A stretch of 32,403 bases of DNA from Octopus bimaculoides. Taxonomy: Eukaryota. The stretch lies in contig NC_069000.1 in the NCBI RefSeq assembly GCF_001194135.2, positions 1,303,316 through 1,335,718 of the forward strand, written 5' to 3'. Below the pieces are notes generated by a model. The model was given only the letters and a program-made list of their open reading frames with translations, searched no databases and was not told the origin of the DNA. Numbering within the stretch: the first letter of the stretch is position 1; the number at the start of each line of letters is the position of its first letter. Both the position numbers and the translations under genes were made by a program. Positions 1 to 11,324 of the stretch are shown one piece after another.

Positions 1-1159
1 ATTTTTATAACATTCCCTCCAATTAAAGTAAAAGCTTCCCCCTACACCGCCGCCAATGTTTGGGCTCCAGAGAAGGAAGAAGGGTTTAGACTGTTGTGGA
101 GAGTAGAGGGATGGGAGGGAGGGGCTGTCGGGAACGGAAATTAGGAAGTCTTCATCCGTAGTAAAACCGTGTTATTATTAATGTGACTTCCTGTCGTCTG
201 TGTGTGTGTAGTAAAAGAGGGTGGAGTAATGTGTCGGTTAAAAACCTAACCTGTTAAGAAGGATGTGATAATGTATTTCGAGAACAGGTCAGCTCCGTAC
301 GTGGTAAGCGAGACTGTGTTACTGTTACATTATTTTGTGTTTGTGCGATCAAAGGATGGAAAGAAAGTGGCTGCTGTGAGAGCAGTTCGTTAGTTCTACG
401 ATACTCCGAGTTTATAAGAGTGTAGGTGGCGTGTGAGGAGAGTATTTGATACTGACGGTAGAACTCTGGATAAAATATCTTCATTATATGTCCTTCTGTT
501 CTAAGTTCAAATCCGAGGTATGGCTGGGGAGGCGATAAAATGTTGTTTAGCCTAACCCCCAGGTCAGTACCCCTGACCGTGAACAGACCTATCGACAAAG
601 GTTTTTCTGGGCTGTATTAATGTGTCCATTTTGTAAAAAGGGCAGGATGTGAGTTGAGGGAGATTTGGGGGTTATTTCTTGCCTGTCGTGCGCTAGACAT
701 CTGTTTCTGCTATAAGGCGCTCTGCACTCACACACACACACACACTCATCAACTGGATTTCTGTCTTGTTTGTTCTCTCTCACGCACATCGTAGAAACGT
801 GCAGACTTAAAAAGTAGTTGCCGACTCTATTTGTAGCTCTCAATCTGGCAACCCAGTTCTCATCGAGTCCCTTTGCTATTTCGACTGGAAAATGGAATTT
901 TTTTCTCTCTCTCTGTAAAAGAACGGAAAAAATATTCGTTTTACTCAACCGAGAATGATTCACTATTCCGTTGTTTGGTTTTTAACGATCTGTTGGCTTT
1001 TTTTAAATGATTTAATTACATACAAAACTTGGATCTAAATAACGTTCTTCCCTGATTCGACTAACATATTAAAGACATTCCACTCGTGACCATCCCATCG
1101 TTTTTGTATGGCTCATACTACGTTACCCCTTTTTTCTATGAATATTATGGTGTGATTTA

Positions 1160-1341
1160 ACAGAGCATTAGCTGTTATTTCTAGCGAGTCGAATGATCGT
1201 TTTGAGTTCAAATGTCACCGAGGTCGACTTTATCTTCTCATCCTTTCAAGGTCGATAAAATAAATACCAGTTGAGCACTGGGGCTGATGTAATCGACTTG
1301 GGTCGTCCCTTGAAATTGCTGGCCTTGTGTTCAAATTTGAA
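1160..1341 (+). mobile_element. SINE family A copy (tRNA-like head, central CTTTCATCC...GGTCGATAAAATAAGTACCAG block)
   Basis: Shares GAGTTCAAAT (B-box-like), GAGGTCGACTTT, GGTCGATAAAAT and the GAAATTGCTGGCCTTGTG tail with other copies in the window. Confidence 0.85.
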
Positions 1342-2513
1342 TGCAATGCGCTATTTCTTTTCTTTAAGCCTTTCTGTCTGAAATCCCTCGCAATGGAAGT
1401 ATTGAAATATAAATTCAAATCTCCGATTGTACATAGAAAAAATTACGATTTCAAGAGATAAACATGATCCACACCCAACCGCGTGTGTCCCTTCCCATCG
1501 ATTGTTGAATGGCATCCCGGGACGGGGTGAGGTGAACAAGTTACAGGTCTCCTGTGACAGAGAGAATGACAACGGAGTGTCTGTAATCACCAGACACACA
1601 CACACACATAGGCGTCAAACAGTCCCCCATATTCCATTCACAAGATAATCTGTGGCTATGAAAGCTTGTCCAACTTGTCCAAACTGTCGCGCAAAGTGCA
1701 CTTAAACTGTTTCACAACCGCGGACCGATCCTGTCGCGTCCGTTGTACTACCTTACACAGCTGCAGAAACTGAAAAGTGGAGAATTAAGAGACTTTCCTC
1801 TTCTCTTATTCTGGCCTGGTCTAAATGCTTGTGGAAGATAAAGTCTAGTTACCCTAGAATAGTTACTGTCCAAAAGCGTGAGGCGATTCGGGGCATGAGA
1901 GGTTTGCTCTCGGTGCCGTGCACTGGAATCATGTCGGAATCACGTGACTCGGTAAATCGACGTCTTTAAACAGCGCGGCTGTTTGGCCATTAAAACAGGT
2001 GACGAGATATATATAAACAAAGTGAGGGCAGTTGGATCGATACACGGCGCCTATTTTATTTATCGAGCAGCTGTACGTAGCTTTGAAGGCGGAAAAAAAA
2101 ATCTATAAAAAAAAAGCGTAAATCTGTGGACATATTATAGTGTTTTATGGTGTTATTGTGATCTGTTTATAGCAAAACTTCCTCATTACAGACCGACTAA
2201 CCTAAAGAAATGAATATCTCTTGTTAAACTACTCTCTCTCTCCTTCTCTCTCTCTGTGTATTCCTTTCTCTCGCCATTCTTCTAACAAATACGCGAATGA
2301 CTATGCCCCCCCAAAGAGAAACTGATAGGATCGAACCATGACTGGTTGTCATCGTCCTGTCTTCGCGTTACGTATTTCTATTTACAATAAACAATTCTTG
2401 TGTCAACACACCTGATTGGTTTTTCTCTCTGAGTTATCGCCTCCTGTTTTTGTATTTATTGGTCCAATGTTAACCTCTTCTTCTTCTTCTTCATCGATAC
2501 CAATATTGTCCAA

Positions 2514-2657
2514 TGGCAGAATCGATAGTTGGCTGGACAAAATGCTTCGCGGCATTTCTTCCCGCAAAATAAGTACCAGTTAAACACTAGAGGGCAAATG
2601 TAATCGATTAGTGTCCTCGCCCGAAATTTCAGGCCTTGTACCTATAATAGAAAGGAT
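2514..2657 (+). mobile_element. SINE family A copy with an internal deletion
   Basis: Head GGCAGAATCG...AAAATGCTT.GCGGCATTTC joins directly to AAAATAAGTACCAG; tail ATTTCAGGCCTTGTACCTATAATAGAAAGGA. Confidence 0.85.
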
Positions 2658-3127
2658 TAAATTCAGTTACAATACGTTAGTACTAAGGATGAAAATGAAC
2701 TGAAGCCAAACATAGGCAGCGGCAAGGTTTCGATTCCCAATCTTAGCCATTCTATTTCACGCGTGTTGCCTTTACGAAAGTTGAAAACATCGGAAAACAC
2801 TCACACACCTAATTTTTGGGTGGTTTCATAACTGAGTCGGGAAATTAATCCAACAGCTTGGGAAATTTCTGTTTTCCATTTATTCTTTTTTCTTTCACTT
2901 CCAAAAATATTATAAAATGGTCCGGGACTGTTCTGTAAATTTTAAAGAGCGACTACTTCAAGACGCCCCCCCCNNNNNNNNNNNNCTAATGTTTATTATC
3001 TCCTTCTAAATACGGTGTACTGTTAACTGGAAGTGAACTTGTCTTTGATTCCGCAAGCCTTAATTCAACAAATGTGTGTGTGTGGTGACTCCCACGTCCA
3101 CAGATGCAGGGTTTCGAGACAAATACG

Positions 3128-3152
3128 AACTACAATGTTCGTAAAGGAAGTC
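3128..3152 (+). promoter_or_regulatory. Possible TOP1 promoter elements (ACTACAA and ETS-like GGAAGT) in a CpG-retaining stretch
   Basis: GAACTACAATGTTCGTAAAGGAAGTCG; partial match to the ZNF143-associated ACTACAA motif plus an ETS core, about 340 nt upstream of the candidate ATG. Motif match only. Confidence 0.25.
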
Positions 3153-3327
3153 GTTTTGCCGCTCTTCCGTGAAGGGTTGAATCACAAGCGACAGCTCCGT
3201 CGACAAGCATCACGCTATCGTCATGGTTGTTGCCGATCCTTTGCGTCACTAACATCCTTGTCAAAGATACGAATGACACACATTTCTATCCTCCACCTAC
3301 TTACACACACGTGTGTGTATATGAATG

Positions 3328-3385
3328 GAGAGAGAGAGAGAGAGAGAGAGCTATAGACAGGTAGACAGACAGATAGATGGATAGA
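3328..3385 (+). repeat. (GA)n followed by GACA/GATA repeats
   Basis: Read directly. Confidence 0.9.
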
Positions 3386-3465
3386 TTCCAGGCTCTGGTT
3401 TTCTCTTTACAAAATCTTTTTTCTTTTTCTAAGTTTGTCGAGTTTTATCTTATTTTAATTTCCAG

Positions 3466-3474
3466 AAAATGTCG
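3466..3474 (+). CDS. Candidate TOP1 start micro-exon AAAATGTCG (Met-Ser; ATG at 3469)
   Basis: Strong acceptor ttattttaatttccag, AAAATG context, donor |gtatgc. It ends in phase 0, so a further phase 0-1 exon is needed before 6960. Confidence 0.4.
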
Positions 3475-4775
3475 GTATGCCTTATATAATGTAATTGATT
3501 GTTAAGCTTAGACTTGTTTCAATACGAAATTCCGTGTATTTTCTCAGGTAAATGGAAGTGGAAAATAGCAATTAGTTAGAGGAGTGTGACAACCATTGCA
3601 CTGGTTGTAAATCATTTCTGCTGAGTGTAACCAAACTCAGTGAAGTTGGCTTGGGTCACGCTTTTGTGTTATTTAGTGTGTGTGTGTTGGACGATAATGC
3701 CGATTACTCACTTAATTTTTTTCATTTTGTGATCATAAAATGTAAGAGTATACCAGTATCTTCATTTAGAAATGAAAAAAAATAAATAACGGGAGAATGC
3801 TTAAGGGAGTTTAACTGCTATTTCTAAATGTCAAGAAGCCGCGTAGTTGTTCCTTTATTTTAAAACAAATAGTGGTTAAATACGAGACAGGAGTTAAGCT
3901 AAATAAATATTTTCAACTTCTTTCCATTAAAATTTGTGGTGAAGTAAATTCTAGGAACAAAAAAAAAAAAAATCAGAATTTTTTTTTTTTTAAATATTTA
4001 TTTCGGACGCTTGTATAAAACGCAAATCAAATCTTGTGTCCATAGGTTGCAGTTTATTGTTTGGCTTTTACCGTCCTGGGACGCCCATTGCCTTATTTGA
4101 TGTTTCGACGGAACAATTATGCTGTTAAAAAAGAAAGACTGTAGTTGGCCTTGAAACCTCATTTTCGAATTCATTTTCTTAAATCATATTTATCAATGTT
4201 TCTAATGTTTTTTTTCTTTTTCTTTTTACCTCTTCCAATTCTAAGACATGATAGGTTTGTTTCTCTTCGCTTTATTAAACTATTTAATTTAATTTATTTT
4301 TTGAATTCTTTATTTTGTTTGTGTCAATGTAGTTCGTGTCACTGACCGGATTGACTACAAAATAAGAGGTGAAATACTACTATATATATATGTGTGTGTG
4401 TGTGTGTGTTTAGAAATGGCTGTTTCATGACATAATTATTATTCCAGTTTGATCTCAGGCTCATTTCCTTCTCCTTGGGGTCTTTTCCTGCCTCTTTTTA
4501 AAACTTCAGTTTTACATTCTCGCATTCCCCCTCTCCTATTTACCTTTCTCACAAGGCTTGGGACTTCGAAGGACAGACATCCTGACGTTTATTTTAATTT
4601 TGTCGTTCATTCTCGATCGTTATTTTCAACCACCAGTTGTACAAAAAAATCTTCACTTATATATAATGTTTACGTGTGTTCAAAATCATCGTTATTATAC
4701 GACTTTGCTTTTTATCCTTTCAGGTTCGATACCACAAGCACCCACCAAATTACTCGATCCACGCAACCGAATTTG

Positions 4776-4825
4776 CCCCCCTTCTCCCCCATCACAGTTG
4801 CTGGCCTTGTTCTAAAATTAGAAAC
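4776..4825 (+). mobile_element. SINE family A 3' tail fragment
   Basis: TTGCTGGCCTTGTTCTAAAATTAGAAAC. Confidence 0.65.
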
Positions 4826-4859
4826 AAAAACCATATTAAAGAAATAGTTATTTGGATTA

Positions 4860-5099
4860 AGGCAGTGAGCTCTTAGAAGAATCGTTAGGCCACCGGGCAA
4901 AATGTTTAGCGGCATTCCGCCCGCCCTTACGTTCTGAGTTCAAATTGTGTCGAGATCGACTTTGTCTTTCATCTATTCGGGGGGTCGATAAAATAAGTAC
5001 CAGTTGAGTACTAACGTCAATGTTATCGACTATCGATTAGTCCCCTGCCCCAAAATTTCAAGCTTTGTACCTATTGAAGAAAAGATTATTATTATTATT
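4860..5099 (+). mobile_element. SINE family A, full length, (ATT)n tail
   Basis: AGGCAGTGAGC...GAATCGTTAG...GTTCTGAGTTCAAATT...GGGGTCGATAAAATAAGTACCAGTTG...AGAAAAGATTATTATT. Confidence 0.9.
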
Positions 5100-5704
5100 G
5101 TCTGCGTTACCTTGTCCGACGTCGCATTTTCACACCTGATTAAATTTTCGATTTTGTACTTGGTACCTTTTATATAACAGACATTGATCGTAACATTATC
5201 CCTAGAATCCATGAAATCGTTCGTTATGATAGTTGTTAGTTTTGGGCTACCAACTTGTGTCTTAAAACTTGTCTCTTTGCCGTCAGTCTTGAGTGAATAA
5301 AACCCGAAAAAAAAAAAAAAAAAAAACATTCAAAACATTATTCCGTCCTTTTTCTAGAATACTGAAAACTTTTTGATTTTCCTTGTTTATTTATTTTAAG
5401 ATAATGAAGGAGTGAATTAAGGAAGGTCTTCCTGCTATTTCTATCAGGGCGACCAGTCACGAACACTATCTCGAGGCACGTTGATGCGTGCGATATTTCC
5501 TGCTGCTTATTTGAATTTTTTTCGCAGCCCCATTACCCCGTAATTAATAACTGTTTATCCATGACTAATGTAATAGTTTAAGTTTTTAATAAATGGTTTT
5601 TACATAAGAAACACAAGTGACCAGACCAATCCCATCTTTACACGGAACTAAATTACTTCGCAGTTAGGATGTTTATTTGGTTTAGTGATGAGGTAAGCAC
5701 GTTA

Positions 5705-5772
5705 AGGTTTTATCCACCTCAACTAAATATGAAAGGCAAACAGACAAGGTAGAGAATGTTAGAACTCAGATG
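5705..5772 (-). mobile_element. Degraded SINE family A fragment
   Basis: Reverse complements of TTTGCCTTTCAT and TCTGAGTTC in the expected order. Confidence 0.5.
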
Positions 5773-6400
5773 GGTGAAACTAGAATATCGATTAAACCAT
5801 GGTGGTATTTGTTTGCGAAATGACTGGGGATGCTTTCATGTCATTCAGGGTCGGCAACTAATCACAATAATGTTAGGTTAAATGTTGGTTATCTCCCTTA
5901 GAGGGGGGCTGTCTAATTATATATGGGCGATGGAGCAGCGTATTTTGAGGTTGTTACCTACAAACTAAAACGTAGTGTTTTCCGTTTATAAACAAACTCG
6001 AAATATCCCGCCATGGTCCACTTTTAAGCTGACAACAATATGAAGCGTTGTTTGGCTGATTATTAGTAAACAGTGGTTATCTTTTTTGCCGTCACAGGCT
6101 TCTTCTAGATATCCGGATGTAAATGAAAATCCCACGAGAGATTCCTCTCTTTCTATCAACACCATAATTATGTTTTCGTTTACTCGTACATCTCTATAAT
6201 TCCTCTATTTCCTTGTCTTCCCCGAGTTTTATGAAATTACAGTAGTACATGAAAGCGTTTAAATATGTGATTTGAAGAAACAATATGTGACATGTAAATA
6301 AAAATACATATTTTTTTTTTTTTATATACAACCATCCAGCATTCTGAACGCCTTTTTCTTTCATATGTATTAAATCTGTACATCGCCCCCAATACTTCTA

Positions 6401-6566
6401 ATATATATATATATANNNNNNNNNNNNNNNNNNNNNNNNNNNNNNNNNNNNNNNNNNNNNNNNNNNNNNNNNNNNNNNNNNNNNNNNNNNNNNNNNNNNN
6501 NNNNNNNNNNNNNNNNNNNNNNNNNNNNNNNNNNNNNNNNNNNNNNNNNNNNNNNNNNNNNNNNNN

Positions 6567-6594
<28 letters not shown>
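6401..6594. repeat. (TA)n microsatellite spanning assembly gap 6416..6566
   Basis: TA repeats on both sides of 151 N. Confidence 0.9.
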
Positions 6595-6597
<3 letters not shown>

Positions 6598-6959
6598 GCA
6601 CAGGACATCATGAAACGTGTACAAAAAAAAGAAAAGAACATAAAGAACGACCCCTCATCAGTTGTTGGCTATTTTTCTAGTCTTGTATAGTGATACAAAC
6701 AGGAAAAATAGAAAGTTTGGTGTTTGGAAATGATGCATGTATGTTCTTGTTATTTTTCATTGCATAACACTGCAATATATTCCAATATTTGCATACTAAT
6801 TGTTCCATTGCATGGTAGCAGGGACCTTGTCAGAATGGCAGGAAAATTTTGAAAATGATTTTTTAAGATTATAATTAAATTTAACAAGATTTCAGCTTTA
6901 CCCCCCCCCTCTCTCTCTCTCTTTCACACACATTTATTTTTTTCATGTTTCTGTTGCAG

Positions 6960-7627
6960 ATCTGAAGTTAAAAGTCAACAATTATGGCACTGTAAATAAT
7001 CACTCCAACTTGGCTAGTACAAACAATCACATTAAAATGAAAGATGGACACATTTCCAAATCCAAAGACAGTCATAGTAGTTCCAAGCATTCCTCTAGCT
7101 CTGAGAAACACAGAGATGGACATTCGGATAAACCCAAGAAGTCATCTAGTTCCGATAAGCACCGTGACAGTCACTCAGACAAGCACAAAGACAAGCACTC
7201 CGAGAAACATAAAGATTCTTCGAAACACAGTTCATCCTCATCATCATCAACATCATTAGATAAGCATGGGTCATCGTCATCTAGTAAAAGTAGCTCGCAC
7301 AACTCAGAGAAACACAAAGACCGCCACAAAGAGAAGAGCTCCTCCAATGACAAACTGAAGGAGAAGAGCAAACACAAACCGAGCGACTCTTCAACAGTGA
7401 AGTCAGAGAAGTCCAGTGAAGAACGCAAGAAGGAGCGAAGTGAGCACCGGGAGGAGAAAATAGCCAAAGCAAATGTGGTCAAGACGGAACATACATCTAT
7501 AAAGACCGATTCTAAACATATGAACAATATGTCTTCATCCAAACACAACTCTGTTACCAGTCCTCTGTCAAAGATCTCCCCCAGCAAGATTAAGAGAGAA
7601 CCAATGAGTGATGATGATATTCCACTG
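6960..7627 (+). CDS. TOP1: TOP1 exon: His/Ser/Lys-rich disordered N-terminal domain
   Basis: Acceptor tttctgttgcag|AT (phase 1); frame is open from 6962 ([11 protein letters not shown]...SDDDIPL); donor CTG|gtaatt. Confidence 0.9.
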
Positions 7628-10600
7628 GTAATTAAATATTAATTAATTTCTATTTTGATTTGTTTATTTTTATTTGGTGTTGTCTGTGAATTATTGTCTA
7701 ACATCTTCCTTGAAATTGCTGGCCTTGTGCCAAAATGTGAAACTAGCGTAATAAGTTCATGCAGTTTGAATTATTGGTGAAATGAGTTTCCAAGACAGCT
7801 TAGTCCAGAGCTGAAAAATGGATTCAGCTGAATATTGCATCTGAGATCCAGGGACTATCACAATTGTCTGCACTACAAGGTCAGCATGTTTAGAGGAGAA
7901 GCAGTTTGATGTTGCATTAGTATCTGGAAACTGAGGTGGGGAGGGGGGGTTAAAGGCAAACAGAGGTGATAATCTTGTTTGGTTTCTGGGTGTGTCATGG
8001 GATCCACTCCAGACACGTGTTGTGAGTTAAATAACGAGTACATTAGCTGAGGCTGTATTTGTGTTGAGGGTAAAATAAAAACAGAGCACGACCTGTCACA
8101 AGTTTGTTTGGTTGTTGTTGTTTTTTTGCTGGGTGGTGAAGGAGGGTCAACATAGATTCCACCATGAAATTGGAAAGTTTTTACAGTTATCAGGTCACAT
8201 TTTTCTTTTCCTTAGACAAGTCTCTTTACTTAAATTGTCTTCCCTACTCTAGTGAAGGTAATTGACTGGTTCGGATTTTAGTAGTCTTCATCAAGCTGTG
8301 AAGACCACATTGTGGAAGTGTTTCACTCACGTACAATGAACTCCTTAAATCTCTAAGTGACCTGTCTATCTTTATGTATTTGTGTGTGTGGTTGCCATTT
8401 TTACATTGTTTCATTTCTTTCTCTTTGTAGATTAAAAGAAAACCTGATGATGTTGCTATTAAGAAGATGAAAGTAGAGAGTGATGATGAACCTTTACAGG
8501 AGAAATACAAGGCAAAAATACAGTTAGTATCTCTGGTTTTGTTGACTCTTTCCATCTGATCCAGCAGATCGAATAATGGTCGGAAGAATCCTGTCCATGA
8601 CCATCTCCCCTTTTTATGTTTATCAAGGACTGCATTCTCCAATCCGTCCTTTTTAAAGACTAAAATGATATTTAAGAGATTGTATTGTCTACTGTGTCTA
8701 TTTTTTTTTTTTTTTTAAAGACAGTAGTGTGATTTGAAGCAGATTTGACTGCTATCTCTAACATGAAGGTGGTGCCTCAGCATGGCCGTTTGTGGTGAGG
8801 AATGAACAGTATTGGTTGGAAACTAACATTATTGACACAAGAGAGTAAAAACCGATGTTGACTTCTCTGGATTTGAACTTAGAAGCTAGAGATACAAAAC
8901 TACATTTAATCCGTTGTTGAAGCGATTGTTTGGTGTGAAATAGATTGTCTTGATTGGGAGGAGGATGTGGTTTCTTTCTACATCACTAAAATATGTTTTT
9001 GTGTGTTGTTTCTTTTCAGAGCTGAGAAATTGAAGGCTAAAGAGAGGAGAGAAGACATTGAAAATAGAAAGAGAAAAGCAGAGGAAGCCATTGAGCCAAT
9101 AAAAGTAAATCTATTTGGTTATTGTTGTTGTTGTTGTTGTAGCCTTTTTAAGCTTTGCTCTGATGAGATATTGAATGTTATTTTAGCCTGAACGGATTTT
9201 TTTCCCCCCCTCGTTTATCATTTTCCATTGCTTATTCTTTGATATTTATGGTTCCTTAAATTTCAGAAAAAAAAAATAAAGAAGGAGATAAAGAATGAAG
9301 TTGAGTCTCCAACCAAAGGAAGAAAAAAGAAAGATAATGAAGAGCAGCAGACCATTTGGAAATGGTAAGTTCCTTTGATTTGTATCGTATTTCATCCGAG
9401 TGGCTGATGTCTTATCTCAGGATGTCTCTTTGTCTCTGTCAGAAACCACTGATGAAAAAACAACGCCAAGGTCAAACTCAGTTGCTATCGAAAAGATTTT
9501 GGGGAGATAATGAAATAATTCTCCACTTTTCTGACCTAATTTGTTGGATTACTTTCTGCTCACAATCTGTCGTGTGACTGGTCTTTATTCTATGTTGCCT
9601 TATTTTACCTGGCTGCTAGGCATAGGTACCAAATCATCAAACTCTGACTGGCCTGCATTCTATCCAGCCGGAGGTGAGGTAGTTGGGGCTTGGGAGCTAT
9701 TTTCATTGCAGTTTACTGTGGTGATCAACTGCACGGGGAATTGTATATTTATAGAGTTTGGCATAAACATGGCTGTGTGGTTTTAAGAAGCTTGTTTCCC
9801 AACCATGTGGTCTTGGGTTCAGTCTCATGGCATGGCACTTTGGACAAATGTCTCCTGCCAGAGCCCTAGTCTGACAAAACCCTTGTGGGTGCATTTGGTA
9901 GGCAGAAACTAAAAGAAGAACTACGTGTGTGTATGTGTGTATACATCACGTGGTTGTAAACGTGGTTTCATCGTCATTAAAGGTAGGTTGTTTATGTCCA
10001 GTGTTCTGTGTAAGACATGCCCAGCCTTGCAAAAATATTGCCTTACTTGGAAACTGGTGGGGGTCAATGACAGGACAGGTGTCTGGCCATAGAAAATCTG
10101 TCTAACCCATACAAGCATGGAAAAGTGGACGTTAAGTGATGGTTATTTATGTATCATTTTAGGTGGGAAGAAGAAAGAAGAGAAGATGGTGTGAAATGGA
10201 CTTTCCTTGAACATAAAGGGCCGTTGTTTGCCCCAGATTACGATCCTCTACCTGATAATGTAATTTTTAAATATGAGGGTGAGTTATTTATTTATTTAAT
10301 AATGTTTCTTTTCTTGTTATTACTTGTCTGCTGCAACAGTAAATATTTGTTAGCTTTGATTTTTTTATCTACTTTTATCAAAATTGTCATTGGCTCAGTC
10401 CAATTGTCTGCATAATGGCCAAGCATTTTGGTCTGTAATTATGCCATTTGTATTTGGCATGTTTTTCCAACTGAATTTTCTCTTAAAACCATAACCAGAG
10501 TTTCTTTTGGAAGACAAGTGTCATGTAGCTACAGAGAAACTCCATCCAGAGTCTAATGAACACTTCAGCTGTTTATAGTTAAGCAATGGCAAACACTGTA

Positions 10601-11279
10601 GTTATGTTGGTTAATACTGAATTACAATCATTCTGTGGTCCAACTCTTGAGAAGATAAGATGGTATATTCAGGACAAGACTTGCAAGTCATAGCATGTGT
10701 GTGTGTGTTTGTGCTTGCTGGTTTGTTATAGGACTGAAATACCAATTGACCAACAAGACACGTGTGTGTTCATGTCTGCCTTGCTGAAAAATATTTGTCG
10801 TTCTTAATGTTATCAATATCAATTTAAAATGTTTGTAGTGTAATAAATCAGGAGCCACCTTGACTCTTCAGCCAATATTTAGATCCTATCTTAATAAGGG
10901 TCTTACATAAAAATTCACGATGGAAATTATAAATATGAACTCTTTAAAAGAAAAAAGTCGGGGTTTTTGTATCATAGAAGCAAAAGCAGTTTGGAGAAGG
11001 TTAGAATTTTGGTTTGAGTGTGTAATGGATGTGGATGGTGTTGATTGGAACCAACTAAATTTACAGGATTTTAGGAAAGAATTTCAATGTTTAAAAAACA
11101 ACAGCCCTGTTTTTGAATTGCTAACAAATGAGTGTAACATTTTGCAGGTAAACTAATGAAACTCAGCCAGGATGCTGAAGAAGTTGCAGGCTTCTATGCA
11201 AAAATGTTGGAACATGATTACACCAAAAGTGAAATATTTAACAAAAATTTCTTCAAAGATTGGAGAAAGGTCAGTGGTT

Positions 11280-11324
<45 letters not shown>

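Noticed and set aside
254-963. Minus-strand ORFs 254..598 and 589..963
   Set aside because: No recognisable domain; one crosses a (CA)n tract; no convincing exon chain.
2010-2033. TATA box plus Inr-like GCAGTT as a core promoter
   Set aside because: Spacing is about 20 nt rather than about 30, and the TATA is part of a TA run.
4860-4960. tRNA genes
   Set aside because: The A/B-box-like sequence belongs to SINE heads; no cloverleaf can be formed.
5669-5698. ATG TTT ATT TGG TTT AGT GAT GAG followed by a strong gtaagc donor as TOP1 first exon
   Set aside because: Phase 0, incompatible with the phase-1 acceptor at 6960; no similarity to TOP1 N-termini.
1230-6641. Short ORFs upstream of TOP1 (1427..1648, 3033..3356, 4145..4345, 4449..4847, 5030..5329, 6237..6641 and others)
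   Set aside because: They run through SINEs, microsatellites, homopolymers or N gaps and have low-complexity translations.
7044-7587. Alternative-frame and antisense ORFs over the large TOP1 exon
   Set aside because: Shadows of a low-complexity Ser/Lys/His coding exon.
9449-9535. Possible C/D snoRNA (TGATGA...CTGA)
   Set aside because: Imperfect C box, no terminal stem, no identifiable rRNA or snRNA complement.
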